A stretch of DNA of 49,615 bases from an uncultured Clostridia bacterium (GTDB taxonomy: Bacteria; Bacillota; Clostridia; Christensenellales; UBA1242), in NCBI GenBank assembly GCA_944364445.1, contig CALVWC010000002.1, positions 1-49,615 on the forward strand, given 5' to 3'. Below, in pieces: positions 18,687 through 28,272 of this stretch. The notes under the pieces are model-generated. The model was given only the letters and a program-made list of their open reading frames with translations. It was not told where the DNA came from and ran no database searches. How positions within the stretch are numbered: the stretch's first letter is position 1; each line of letters begins with the position of its first letter. The translations under genes were made by a program, and so were the position numbers.

Positions 18687-18713
18687 TTAGCACTAAAAAG
18701 TCGAGAGTGCTAG
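18687..18713 (+). promoter_or_regulatory. CIRCE operator (HrcA binding site)
   Basis: TTAGCACT-N9/10-GAGTGCTA inverted repeat (TTAGCACTAAAAAGTCGAGAGTGCTAG), immediately downstream of the -10 box and upstream of hrcA. Confidence 0.92.
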
Positions 18714-18738
18714 CAACTGATGAAATCTGGGAGTTTTT

Positions 18739-19719
18739 ATGGAACTTTCTGAAAGAAAAATCAAGATTTTGAATATTGCTGTGGAGGAGTTTATCAAAGA
18801 TTCCGCGCCAATAACAAGCGGTTCGGTTAAAGATAAAACGGCACTGAATGTTTCCACTGCCACTTTAAGAAACGAACTTAATGCACTTGAGGCGATGGGG
18901 TTTTTGAAACAACTTCACACTTCTGGCGGGCGTGTTCCAACAGCGCAAGGCTATCGCTTTTATGTGGAAAATCTTTTGAAAGATGTTAAAGCCACAAACA
19001 AGGAACTGGAAGAAATTAAAAGTGTGATTGAAAACAGAACTCAAAGTTTGTCGGAGATGATTGGAAAGATTGCAAAGCTTATTTCTAAAGCCACAAACTA
19101 TCCAACTGTTGTGATGATGAATGGTATTGAAAATTTGGTGCTTTCTGAATTTAAAATCATTCCGCTTTTAGATGAAAAATGTATGGTTTTAATCGGCACG
19201 AATTATGGCTACATCTCAAACACGATGGACTTTTCGGCAACCATGGAAAATTGCCAAGACGCGTCAAACTATCTCACCAAATATTTTAAGGGCGAAACAA
19301 TGGGCTTTTTGCTTGATAATATTGATGAATACATGAAAGGCATGAGTGGCGAGATTGAGGCTTTTCAAGAAGTGGTCAACAACATCATTAAGGGCTTAAC
19401 CAAAATGAATAGGCAAAAACTTTTGAATGCAGAGGGCGCTATGGACCTTGTGGAACGTGAGGAAGATTTCAATGAAACAAAAAAAATCATGAAACTACTT
19501 CGCGATGAAGATGAGCTTATTGAAGTTTTGGATAAGACTGACGACAAGATTTCTGCCGATGTTGGAGAAAAAGGCGTTTCGGTTGTGAAAGCACCAATCT
19601 TGGTGGGAGGAAACAAACTTGCTTCGATTGGAGTTATTGGTCCGCAGAAAATGGATTATTCTGGAATTGCATCCGCTTTGAAAGTTGTTATTGATGAACT
19701 TAATAAGCGAAATGAATAA
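18739..19719 (+). CDS. hrcA: heat-inducible transcription repressor HrcA
   Basis: LSERKIKIL..AVEEFI....PI.S....K......STATLRNELNALEAMGFL.Q.HTSGGRVPT. Canonical position before grpE. Confidence 0.95.
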   Translation: MELSERKIKILNIAVEEFIKDSAPITSGSVKDKTALNVSTATLRNELNALEAMGFLKQLHTSGGRVPTAQGYRFYVENLLKDVKATNKELEEIKSVIENRTQSLSEMIGKIAKLISKATNYPTVVMMNGIENLVLSEFKIIPLLDEKCMVLIGTNYGYISNTMDFSATMENCQDASNYLTKYFKGETMGFLLDNIDEYMKGMSGEIEAFQEVVNNIIKGLTKMNRQKLLNAEGAMDLVEREEDFNETKKIMKLLRDEDELIEVLDKTDDKISADVGEKGVSVVKAPILVGGNKLASIGVIGPQKMDYSGIASALKVVIDELNKRNE

Positions 19720-19727
19720 GGAGGACA

Positions 19728-20312
19728 ATGTTGGAAAAGAAGAAAAAAGAGGAAAAAGTGCAAGAAGAAACAAGTTGCGAATGTGAAAACAAAGAACCTT
19801 ACAACTGCGACGAGCATTGCGAATGTGAAAATTGCAACTGCGAGGAAAGTCATTGCAAGGAAGAGTGCAAGTGTGGTCAGGCAGAAGAAAAAGCACAGGA
19901 ATATTTACAACTTGCACAGCGAATTCAAGCAGAGTTTGAAAACTATCGTAGGCGTATGGCGGACGAACTTGTGCTTAAAAAGCAAGAGGGAATTGTCAGT
20001 GTTATCAATGTGTTTTTGCCATGTCTTGACACCTTTAAAGAGGCAAAAAAAAGCATAACTGATGAAAAGGTTTTAGAGGGCGTGAACATGATTGAACAGA
20101 AAATCTACTCTGCTTTAGACACTTTGAAAGTGGAAAAAATTGAAACTGTTGGGAAAAAATTTGACCCAAACTTGCATGATGTTATTGCAGTTATGCATGA
20201 CGACAAACAAGACGAAGATATCATCTTGGATGAATACCAAGCAGGATATACGTATAACGGTAAAGTTATAAGATACTCAAAAGTTATTGTGAATAAAAGG
20301 GAGGTTAAATAA
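19728..20312 (+). CDS. grpE: nucleotide exchange factor GrpE with a Cys-rich N-terminal extension
   Basis: GrpE core ([18 protein letters not shown] ... [11 protein letters not shown] ... [13 protein letters not shown]). Residues 17-49 contain 10 Cys. Confidence 0.93.
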   Translation: MLEKKKKEEKVQEETSCECENKEPYNCDEHCECENCNCEESHCKEECKCGQAEEKAQEYLQLAQRIQAEFENYRRRMADELVLKKQEGIVSVINVFLPCLDTFKEAKKSITDEKVLEGVNMIEQKIYSALDTLKVEKIETVGKKFDPNLHDVIAVMHDDKQDEDIILDEYQAGYTYNGKVIRYSKVIVNKREVK

Positions 20313-20314
20313 TT

Positions 20315-22153
20315 ATGAGTAAAATTATCGGTATTGACTTAGGAACAACAAATTCGTGCGTTGCGGTTATGGAAGGCGGAAAACCAACCGTTATCCCAAA
20401 CGCTGAGGGCGACAGAACAACACCATCTGTTGTTGCCTACACAAAGGACGGAGAAAGACTTGTTGGTAAGGTGGCAAAACGTCAAGCAATCGTTAACCAT
20501 GAAAACACAGTTATCTCCATTAAAAGAGAGATGGGCACAAACTATAAGGCAAAATTAAACGGAAAGGAATATTCTCCACAAGAGATTTCTGCCATGATTT
20601 TGTCGAAACTTAAACAAGATGCTGAAAGTTATTTAGGCGAAAAAGTGACACAAGCGGTTATCACAGTTCCTGCATACTTCAACGACAGCCAACGCCAAGC
20701 AACAAAGGATGCTGGCAGAATTGCTGGGCTTGATGTTTTAAGAATTATCAACGAACCAACTGCCGCTGCACTTGCTTATGGACTTGACAAAGGAGAAAAC
20801 AAGAATCAAAAGATTTTGGTTTATGACCTTGGTGGCGGAACGTTCGATGTTTCCATTTTGGAAATTGGCGATAATGTGTTTGAAGTTTTATCCACAAACG
20901 GCAACACTCGTCTTGGTGGCGATGACTTCGATAACAGAATTATCGATTTCTTGGTGGAAGAATTCAAATCTCAAAACGCTGGCATGGACTTATCAAAAGA
21001 TAAACTTGCTCTTCAAAGATTGAAAGAAGCCGCAGAAAAAGCAAAAATCGACCTTTCTGCAACTCCAAAAACAACCATTTCTTTGCCATTTATTACAGCT
21101 GACGCAAATGGTCCTAAACACTTGGAAGTGGAACTTACAAGGGCGAAGTTTGATATGTTAACAGAAGACCTTGTTAAAGAAACCACAGATTGTGTGGAAA
21201 AGGCGCTTAAAGATGCAAATCTCACAAAAGACCAAATCGACAAGGTTATCTTGGTTGGTGGTTCAACAAGAATTCCAGCCGTTCAAGAAGCGGTTAAAAA
21301 CTACACAGGAAAAGAACCATACAAGGGGATTAACCCAGATGAATGTGTGGCTATCGGTGCTGCCATTCAAGCGGGCGTGCTTGCTGGCGATGTTAAGGAT
21401 GTTCTTCTTCTTGATGTCACACCACTTTCACTTGGAATTGAAACTTTGGGCGGAGTGTTCACAAAACTTATTGAAAGAAACACCACAATCCCAACAAGAA
21501 AGAGCCAAATCTTCTCAACCGCTGTGGACAATCAACCAGGCGTTGACATCCATGTTCTTCAAGGCGAAAGAGAATTTGCAGCACAAAACAAAACTCTTGG
21601 AAGATTTCAATTAACCGACATTCCACCAGCACCAAGAGGCGTTCCACAAATTGAAGTGACATTCGATATTGATGCCAACGGAATTGTTAAAGTTTCGGCT
21701 AAGGACCTTGGAACAAACAAGGAACAAAACATCACAATCACTGCTTCCACAAACCTCAAAGAAGAGGATATTCAAAAGGCTATCAAAGAGGCTGAGGAAC
21801 ACGCTGAGGAAGACAGAAAACACAAGGAACTTGTGGAAACCAAGAACCAAGCCGACAACCTTGTTTACGGCTTAGAAAAACTCATTAAAGACAATGGCGA
21901 TAAACTTAACGAAGAAGATAAAACAAAACTTCAAGAGGCAATCGACAAGGCTAAGAAAGAGTTTGAAAGCGAGGATATTGAGGTTGTTAAGAAAGCGATT
22001 GACGAACTCACAACTGCATCAAATGGCATAGTTTCAAAGATGTATCAATCGGCAAATCCAAACGGCGCAACTGACGCTGGCAATGCTGGAAACGACACAA
22101 ACAACAATAACAACAATAATAACGGCGAAGACCCAGTTGTTGATGTTGACTAA
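20315..22153 (+). CDS. dnaK: molecular chaperone DnaK (Hsp70)
   Basis: [24 protein letters not shown] and other Hsp70 signatures. Poly-Asn tract near the C-terminus. Confidence 0.98.
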   Translation: MSKIIGIDLGTTNSCVAVMEGGKPTVIPNAEGDRTTPSVVAYTKDGERLVGKVAKRQAIVNHENTVISIKREMGTNYKAKLNGKEYSPQEISAMILSKLKQDAESYLGEKVTQAVITVPAYFNDSQRQATKDAGRIAGLDVLRIINEPTAAALAYGLDKGENKNQKILVYDLGGGTFDVSILEIGDNVFEVLSTNGNTRLGGDDFDNRIIDFLVEEFKSQNAGMDLSKDKLALQRLKEAAEKAKIDLSATPKTTISLPFITADANGPKHLEVELTRAKFDMLTEDLVKETTDCVEKALKDANLTKDQIDKVILVGGSTRIPAVQEAVKNYTGKEPYKGINPDECVAIGAAIQAGVLAGDVKDVLLLDVTPLSLGIETLGGVFTKLIERNTTIPTRKSQIFSTAVDNQPGVDIHVLQGEREFAAQNKTLGRFQLTDIPPAPRGVPQIEVTFDIDANGIVKVSAKDLGTNKEQNITITASTNLKEEDIQKAIKEAEEHAEEDRKHKELVETKNQADNLVYGLEKLIKDNGDKLNEEDKTKLQEAIDKAKKEFESEDIEVVKKAIDELTTASNGIVSKMYQSANPNGATDAGNAGNDTNNNNNNNNGEDPVVDVD

Positions 22154-22228
22154 TCAAAATGCTTTTCAAATTGCAATGTTTTTTGTTAAGAATTTAATAT
22201 TTCAACAAACTTTCATTAAAGGAGCGAT

Positions 22229-22594
22229 ATGAACTCGGAAGAATATTTAGGAAAAACTATTAAAGTGGTTATTGACAGGAAAATGGGTTCAAAACATCCA
22301 AAACACGGTTTTGTGTATCCAATTAATTATGGATATATTCCAAACACAATTTCAGGTGATGGAGAGGAATTGGATGCGTATGTTCTTGGCGAGTTCACTC
22401 CACTTGAAAGTTTTACTGGAATTGTGAAAGCAATAATCCACAGAACAAATGACAACGACGATAAACTTGTTGTTATGCGTGAAGATAAAAACTACACTGA
22501 TGAGCAAATACAGGCTCTTACGGAATTTCAAGAACGATTTTTTAAAAGTGAAATTATAAGACAAAATTCTCATGGTTGTGAAAAAGTAAAATAA
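22229..22594 (+). CDS. short inorganic-pyrophosphatase-like domain protein
   Basis: YPINYGYIPNTISGDGEELDAYVLG resembles the family I PPase core (NYG.IP.T...DGDPLDV), with D-x-E in place of D-x-D. 121 aa. Confidence 0.55.
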   Translation: MNSEEYLGKTIKVVIDRKMGSKHPKHGFVYPINYGYIPNTISGDGEELDAYVLGEFTPLESFTGIVKAIIHRTNDNDDKLVVMREDKNYTDEQIQALTEFQERFFKSEIIRQNSHGCEKVK

Positions 22595-22618
22595 TTAAAA
22601 CTAATGTGAGGAGTTTTT

Positions 22619-23647
22619 ATGAGTGGCAAAATTTTTGTGGAAGTTAAGAAACAAACGGAACTTATGGGTGTTTGTTTAAGGCTTTCTGACTACAAAAATA
22701 GGTATCCATTTTTAGCTAAAGATTTCAAGAATTATCCTTATCTTGACGAGGTTAATGAATACTTCATAAAGTTTTCTTCTCATAAGGCAATTCAAACATT
22801 AAATGAAATTATTAAATTAGGCTTTTCCTATGATGCCCCTTACGCAATGATTCTTTATGTGGATGATGATTGGAATTTTCATGGGCAAAATTATTATCCT
22901 TTTGTTGACAGATTGAAAAAATCTCCATTAGTTTTAAAATTTATGGAAGAACTAAAAGATTTTGTTAAAGAAACCAAGTTTGAGGAATTTTTTGCAAAAC
23001 ATAAAACTTATTATGAAGAAGAAATCAAGAATTTTAATGAAAGTATGCCACTTGATGATATTCTTCCATATATGAGAAAATTTTTCCATAAAGACTTTGA
23101 TGAAAACGAATTTCATGTGGCTTTAGCACTTCTTTCAACTGGTGGAGGGTATGGTCGCAATGATTTTACTTTGAAAAATTTTTATTGCGTAGAAAGCAAA
23201 AGGCAAAAAAATGGTGGTGAGGCAAACAAAAAGTGGGGAATTAACACTGCCACTGGTCGTTCGCATTACTTACATGAATTTTGTCATCCTGTTGTCAATC
23301 CTGAGTCTGATAAAAATTTAGATAAAGTTGAAAAGCCTGATATGCCAAAAGAAGAATATGATAGACTGTGTGCAAGTGCTTATCCTAGTTTTTATTCAAT
23401 CGTAAATGAATATATCATAAGAGGAATTCAACTTTGCTATATTCAAGATTGTAAAGAAGATGTTCAAGATTTTCTTGCACATAACGAAAGACTTGGTTTT
23501 AATAAAATAGTTTTAATGGACTTAGCAAAAAGATTAAACAAATTTAAAAATTCAAACCTAAAGTTTGAAGATGAATATGTGGATATTGCAAACACGATTG
23601 CAAAATCTTATAATGAAATGAATAAAGGGAAAAATTATGGCGAATAA
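22619..23647 (+). CDS. putative zinc metallopeptidase (HExxH; DUF4932-like by recollection)
   Basis: HEFCH at codons 219-223 (nt 23273-23287). The 3' end overlaps the dnaJ start by 11 nt. Confidence 0.55.
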   Translation: MSGKIFVEVKKQTELMGVCLRLSDYKNRYPFLAKDFKNYPYLDEVNEYFIKFSSHKAIQTLNEIIKLGFSYDAPYAMILYVDDDWNFHGQNYYPFVDRLKKSPLVLKFMEELKDFVKETKFEEFFAKHKTYYEEEIKNFNESMPLDDILPYMRKFFHKDFDENEFHVALALLSTGGGYGRNDFTLKNFYCVESKRQKNGGEANKKWGINTATGRSHYLHEFCHPVVNPESDKNLDKVEKPDMPKEEYDRLCASAYPSFYSIVNEYIIRGIQLCYIQDCKEDVQDFLAHNERLGFNKIVLMDLAKRLNKFKNSNLKFEDEYVDIANTIAKSYNEMNKGKNYGE

Positions 23648-24770
23648 GGATTATTATCAAGTTTTAGGAGTGGATAAGAATGCGAGTGCGGATGAAATTA
23701 AGTCAGCATATCGTAGGCTCGCCAAAAAATATCACCCTGACCTTAATAAAGCCCCAGAAGCCGCTGAGAAGTTCAAGGAAATCAATGAGGCGTATGAAGT
23801 TTTAGGCGACGATAAAAAGCGCGCTAATTATGACCAATTTGGCTCTGCTGACGGACCACAATTCTCAAATGCTGGTGGCGGAGGATTCTCTGATTTCTTC
23901 GGCGGTGGCTTTGGAGGCGGTTTCGGCGGAGGATTTTCCGATATTTTCTCTGACATTTTTTCCGCTTTTGGAGGAGAAAGGCGTTCGCGCGTGTCGGAGA
24001 GAGGAGAGGATATTAATCTTGCTATGAAACTTAGTTTTGAAGAAGCCATTTTTGGTGTGAATAAAACAATCACTGTTTCCAAAATTCAAACTTGTTCCGA
24101 TTGCTCTGGAACAGGGGCAAAAAACGGAACAGCATTTTCCACTTGCCCTGATTGCCGAGGTGTTGGGCGTGTTAGAATTCAACAAAACACCATGTTCGGC
24201 ACAACGATTAGGGAGGCAAATTGCCCTAAGTGCGGTGGAACTGGAAAGATTATTAAAGATAAATGTGCAACTTGCGGTGGCAAGGGATATAAGCGGGTGC
24301 AAAGCCAAATCACAGTTAAAATTCCAGCGGGTATAGACGATGGTCAAACTGTTCGTATGCGTGGCGAAGGGAATTCTCCACTTGGCAAGGGTGTTAACGG
24401 CGATTTGAACATAAGAATCAGCGTTGCACCGCACAAACTCTTTAAGCGTGACGGCATGAACCTGTCCTATGACCTCTATGTGCCATTCACAACCCTTCTT
24501 CTTGGCGGAAAAGTGGATGTGGCACTTCCAAAAGGCAAATTCACGCTTGACATAAAGGAAAGAACCTCAAGTGGCACAGTTATGCGCATCAAAGGAAAGG
24601 GTGTTAAGGCACTTAATAAGGAAAGTTACGGCGACCTCCTCATCACGCTGAAAAGCGAACCACCAAAATCGCTTACGGCGTCGCAGAAGGAAATGTTGCA
24701 AAAACTTTCCAACTCCTTTTCGGAAAGCGATTTTCCAAAATACAAAGATTTCAAAAAGAGCAATTTATAA
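23637..24770 (+). CDS. dnaJ: molecular chaperone DnaJ
   Basis: J domain with HPD (YHPDLNK), G/F-rich linker, four CxxCxGxG zinc-finger repeats. Confidence 0.97.
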   Translation: MANKDYYQVLGVDKNASADEIKSAYRRLAKKYHPDLNKAPEAAEKFKEINEAYEVLGDDKKRANYDQFGSADGPQFSNAGGGGFSDFFGGGFGGGFGGGFSDIFSDIFSAFGGERRSRVSERGEDINLAMKLSFEEAIFGVNKTITVSKIQTCSDCSGTGAKNGTAFSTCPDCRGVGRVRIQQNTMFGTTIREANCPKCGGTGKIIKDKCATCGGKGYKRVQSQITVKIPAGIDDGQTVRMRGEGNSPLGKGVNGDLNIRISVAPHKLFKRDGMNLSYDLYVPFTTLLLGGKVDVALPKGKFTLDIKERTSSGTVMRIKGKGVKALNKESYGDLLITLKSEPPKSLTASQKEMLQKLSNSFSESDFPKYKDFKKSNL

Positions 24771-24846
24771 CGCTCTTTTTTCTTTTTTCTTAAAAATTGC
24801 TTGAAAAAAAGATAATATTGTTGTAAAATAACATCGAGGAGAAAAT

Positions 24847-25551
24847 ATGAGAAGATTTTTTGGTGAAAAAATTGACGATAAAATTGTGATTAAAGGGGAT
24901 GAGTATAACCATTTGAAAAATGTTTTGCGTCTTAAAGTGGGCGCAGAGGTTTTGGTTAGCGTCAACACCCCTGTGGAATATGTTTGCGAAATTGTTTCGC
25001 TTGGCAAAAACGGCGCAACTTGCAAGATAAATGGCGAGCATGAATGTGTGGGAAATCCGAATAAGGACATCACTCTTTTTCAGGCTATCACAAAAGGACC
25101 TAAGTTTGAATTCATTGTGCAGAAAGCAACCGAAATTGGAATTACAAGGGTTATTCCTTTTGTCAGCGATTTTGTGATTGCCAAAGTAAGCGAGCATAAA
25201 AAAGATAGGCTGGAAAGCATTATTGAAAACGCTTGCAAGCAATGTGAAAGAACAATCAAAACCATTGTGGAAGATGTGGAAACGGTGGACAGCATAATTG
25301 AAAAATTTAAGGATTATGACATTGTGCTTTTCGCCAATGAACGCACCGATGTTGGCAAGGAAATCAGCAAACTGACAAAATACAAAAAGATTGGCATCAT
25401 CGTTGGCTCTGAGGGCGGTTTTTCGCAGAGAGAGAAAGAGGGGTTTATTGAAGCGGGCGCAGTTTCCGTGTCGCTTGGGCGAAGAATTTTGCGATGTGAA
25501 ACGGCATCAGTTGCCATGATGAGCATGGTGTCAATTATGAGTGGAAACTAA
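24847..25551 (+). CDS. rsmE: 16S rRNA (uracil1498-N3)-methyltransferase RsmE
   Basis: MRRFF start, PUA-like N-terminus, SPOUT C-terminus (IIVGSEGGFS..E......G...VSLG.RILR.ETA). Synteny after dnaJ. Confidence 0.88.
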   Translation: MRRFFGEKIDDKIVIKGDEYNHLKNVLRLKVGAEVLVSVNTPVEYVCEIVSLGKNGATCKINGEHECVGNPNKDITLFQAITKGPKFEFIVQKATEIGITRVIPFVSDFVIAKVSEHKKDRLESIIENACKQCERTIKTIVEDVETVDSIIEKFKDYDIVLFANERTDVGKEISKLTKYKKIGIIVGSEGGFSQREKEGFIEAGAVSVSLGRRILRCETASVAMMSMVSIMSGN

Positions 25552-26788
25552 GATGAAAATTGCGGTTATAACACTTGGTTGCAAAGTTAATAAATATGAG
25601 AGCGATGCTCTCATTTTTACTCTGCGTAATTCTGGAAACGAGGCGACGGATAAGTTGGAGTTTGCAGACGCTTACATAATCAACACCTGTGCTGTCACAA
25701 ACGAGGCGGAAAAAAAGAGCAGACAGATGATTGAGCGTTGCAGAAAATTTAATAAAAATGCCAAAATTTTTGTGATTGGTTGCGCAAGTCAAAACAGACC
25801 CGCTCAGTTTCAAGATAAGGGCGTTTCCTATCTTCAAGGCGTTGCAAACAAAATGGAAATCTTAAACCACTTAAACGAAACTGGCGAAAAGATTTATCCT
25901 CTTCCAGAAAGGTATGAAAATGATATGTTTTCTGCACAAACCTTGTCGCGTGCGTTCATAAAAGTGCAAGACGGATGCAACAATTTCTGCACCTATTGCA
26001 TAATTCCTTATCTTCGCGGAAGAAGTCGCTCACGAGATATGCAAAGCGTGGTGGAAGAGGTGGAGAAACTACCAAAAAGCGTGAAAGAAGTTGTGCTTGT
26101 TGGAATTGACGTTTCAAGTTATCAGCAGAATGGCAAAAAAGCACTCATCGATTTGTTGGAAAAATTGGATAAATATGGTTTTCGTTTGAGGCTCTCTTCC
26201 ATGGAAGATAATTTGGTGGATGAAGATTTTGTTTCACGCTTAAGTAAACTTAAAAACTTCTGCCCACATTTTCACTTATCTCTTCAAAGTGGAAGTGACG
26301 AAGTTTTAAGAAAAATGAACAGAAAATACACCACAACGCAGTTTTTAAATTCCGTGAACTTAATTAGAAAATACTTTCCGCTTGCTGGCATCACAACTGA
26401 TGTTATTGTGGGGTTTCCAACTGAAACAGAGGAGAATTTTTTGGAAACAGTGGAGTTTGTGAAGAAAGTTAAGTTTTCCAATCTTCACATTTTCCCTTAT
26501 TCTAAGCGTGACGGCACAGTGGCGTCGAAACTATATAAAGATTTGCCAAAGCAAGTTAAAATGGCAAGGTGGAAAAAGTTGGAAGAGGTGGCAGAGAAGT
26601 TGAAAGCCGATTTCATTCAAAAGAACACAACTTTTGAAGTTTTGATTGAGGAGGAAGAGGACGGCTATTTTGTTGGATACAGCAAAAACTACATAAGGTG
26701 CTATTTCAAAGGCAATTTTCACGCTGGCGACATTGTTAAAGGAAAATTTAAAAGCCAATTTAAAGACGGCGTTTTGTGTGAAATTTAA
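25541..26788 (+). CDS. mtaB: tRNA t6A37 methylthiotransferase MtaB (radical SAM MTTase)
   Basis: UPF0004 N-terminus (TLGCKVNKYES, NTCAVT), radical SAM CNNFCTYC, TRAM-like C-terminus. Synteny with rsmE. Confidence 0.88.
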   Translation: METKMKIAVITLGCKVNKYESDALIFTLRNSGNEATDKLEFADAYIINTCAVTNEAEKKSRQMIERCRKFNKNAKIFVIGCASQNRPAQFQDKGVSYLQGVANKMEILNHLNETGEKIYPLPERYENDMFSAQTLSRAFIKVQDGCNNFCTYCIIPYLRGRSRSRDMQSVVEEVEKLPKSVKEVVLVGIDVSSYQQNGKKALIDLLEKLDKYGFRLRLSSMEDNLVDEDFVSRLSKLKNFCPHFHLSLQSGSDEVLRKMNRKYTTTQFLNSVNLIRKYFPLAGITTDVIVGFPTETEENFLETVEFVKKVKFSNLHIFPYSKRDGTVASKLYKDLPKQVKMARWKKLEEVAEKLKADFIQKNTTFEVLIEEEEDGYFVGYSKNYIRCYFKGNFHAGDIVKGKFKSQFKDGVLCEI

Positions 26789-26863
26789 GAAAAACACTTG
26801 ACAAATGTGTTAAATATGATTATAATATCATAAGTATACTGAAAATGAAAGGTGGTGAGAAAG

Positions 26864-27046
26864 TTGACAACAGTCAAGGTTGGCGAGAACGAATCTCTTG
26901 AAAATGCGCTTAAAAGATTTAAAAGAAAATGCCAAAAAGACGGCATCATTGGCGATATAAGAAAGAAAGAAGCATACGAAAAGCCAAGTGTTAAAAGAAA
27001 GAAAAAAAGCGAAGCAGCAAGAAAGAGAGCAAGAAAAAGAAGTTAA
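26864..27046 (+). CDS. rpsU: 30S ribosomal protein S21
   Basis: ...[25 protein letters not shown]...[12 protein letters not shown]. Preferred TTG start at 26864 lies about 9 nt after AAAGGTGGTGA. The track start at 26852 (GTG) falls inside the SD. Confidence 0.9.
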   Translation: MTTVKVGENESLENALKRFKRKCQKDGIIGDIRKKEAYEKPSVKRKKKSEAARKRARKRS

Positions 27047-27101
27047 AAAATCGAGCAAATCTGCCCGATTTTTTTAATCGAATTTGATATAACCCCTAGC
27101 G

Positions 27102-27344
27102 TCACCGAAGAAACGACCTAACAAACTTTAGAACAAAAGACACCACTAGTTTTTCATCCCAAAATTTTTGAGAATCAATTTCCAAAAGTAAGTTTGTGAA
27201 GATTAAATCTTGTTCTGGAGTTAAAGTTTCTCGCAATTGTTTTGCAAGTTTAAAATCATTAAAAGATAAAATTTTTCTTTCTTCTTTAAGTTCTTTTTTA
27301 AATTCGTTATAAATAATTTCTTCCATATCAACTCTAAATACCAT
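27102..27344 (-). CDS. hypothetical small protein (80 aa)
   Basis: ORF with AAGGAGAG RBS, divergent from an XRE gene. Confidence 0.45.
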   Translation of the reverse strand: MVFRVDMEEIIYNEFKKELKEERKILSFNDFKLAKQLRETLTPEQDLIFTNLLLEIDSQKFWDEKLVVSFVLKFVRSFLR

Positions 27345-27507
27345 TTTTTCTCTCCTTTATATTTTGAATATTAATATTATAGACAATAAAAAATATAAAG
27401 TCAAGTAAAATAGAGTATATTTCAATCAAAATAGAATAATTTTAATTTTTTGATAAATTATAATAATTCTATGAAAATTGAGTAATTTTCAATAGAGGTT
27501 GAGATAT

Positions 27508-27819
27508 ATGGTGGATATAGTCAAAAAATTGGAAAATATAAGAACAAATCGTGGCTTGTCAGTCTACAAAGTGACACAACTTGCCGATATTTCTCAACAA
27601 ACATATTACTCTTGGATAAAAGAAAATGTTATGCCGTCGATGACTTCGCTTAAAAAGGTTTGTAATGTGTTGGGTGTGGAAATTACTGATATTTTGACAG
27701 ATGATAGTGATAGTTTAGAATTTGAAACACTTAAATCAAAATGGAACATGATGACTCTTAGTCAAAAACAATCAATTATGTCGATTATTGATAATTATAT
27801 AAGCAATAATTTTAAGTAG
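27508..27819 (+). CDS. XRE-family helix-turn-helix regulator
   Basis: HTH segment (RTNRGLSVYKVTQLADISQQTYYSWIKE). ATG at 27508 follows GAGG. Confidence 0.75.
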   Translation: MVDIVKKLENIRTNRGLSVYKVTQLADISQQTYYSWIKENVMPSMTSLKKVCNVLGVEITDILTDDSDSLEFETLKSKWNMMTLSQKQSIMSIIDNYISNNFK

Positions 27820-27942
27820 AAGGCAAAAAGAGTAAATATCAATAGAATAACCATAACATTTCTTTCTTCTTTTTTATTTCTTATTTCAAAAATAATCCGA
27901 ATTAAAAGAAAAGTGAAAAATGAAAAAATAAAAAATAAGAGT

Positions 27943-27980
27943 AAAAAATAATCCAAGCCTATCGGTTCGGATTATTTTTG
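27943..27980 (-). terminator. hairpin downstream of tRNA-Leu
   Basis: AAAATAATCC (27945-27954) pairs with GGATTATTTT (27969-27978), directly 3' of the tRNA on the minus strand. Confidence 0.5.
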
Positions 27981-27982
27981 TT

Positions 27983-28068
27983 TGGTGCAGGTGGAGGGGG
28001 TCGAACCCTCATGAAGTTGCCCTCGAGGGATTTTGAGTCCCTTGCGTCTGCCATTCCGCCACACCTGC
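27983..28068 (-). tRNA. tRNA-Leu (anticodon CAA), type II with long variable arm, CCA encoded
   Basis: Hand fold of the reverse complement: acceptor GCAGGTG/CACCTGC, anticodon stem AGGGA/TCCCT with loop CTCAAAA, T arm GAGGG-TTCGACC-CCCTC, 3' ACCA. Confidence 0.9.
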
Positions 28069-28272
28069 ATATATTTTATGTTGAAGAAAATTCTTCTATG
28101 TTTTAACCTTTTTTATTCCAAATCTTAGGTTAACGATAAGATTTTAGCATAATTCTTCATATTTTGCAAGCGTTTTTGATTATTTTTTAATTTAGTTATA
28201 AATTTCTCTTGCCAAATTGCTAAGAAAATAATATAATAGATATGAAAAAAGTTTAAAATTGGGTAAAACAAA

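Noticed and set aside
19783-20058. 91-aa alternative-frame ORF inside grpE, plus many antisense or overlapping ORFs inside dnaK, dnaJ, pnp, the ABC gene, the OYE gene, rel and recJ
   Set aside because: All lie within strongly conserved genes and lack RBSs. Their compositions are typical of out-of-frame translation.
22090-22130. Poly-Asn tract (NNNNNNN) at the DnaK C-terminus
   Set aside because: It is a low-complexity expansion in the normally variable C-terminal tail, common in AT-rich genomes, and not considered functional evidence.
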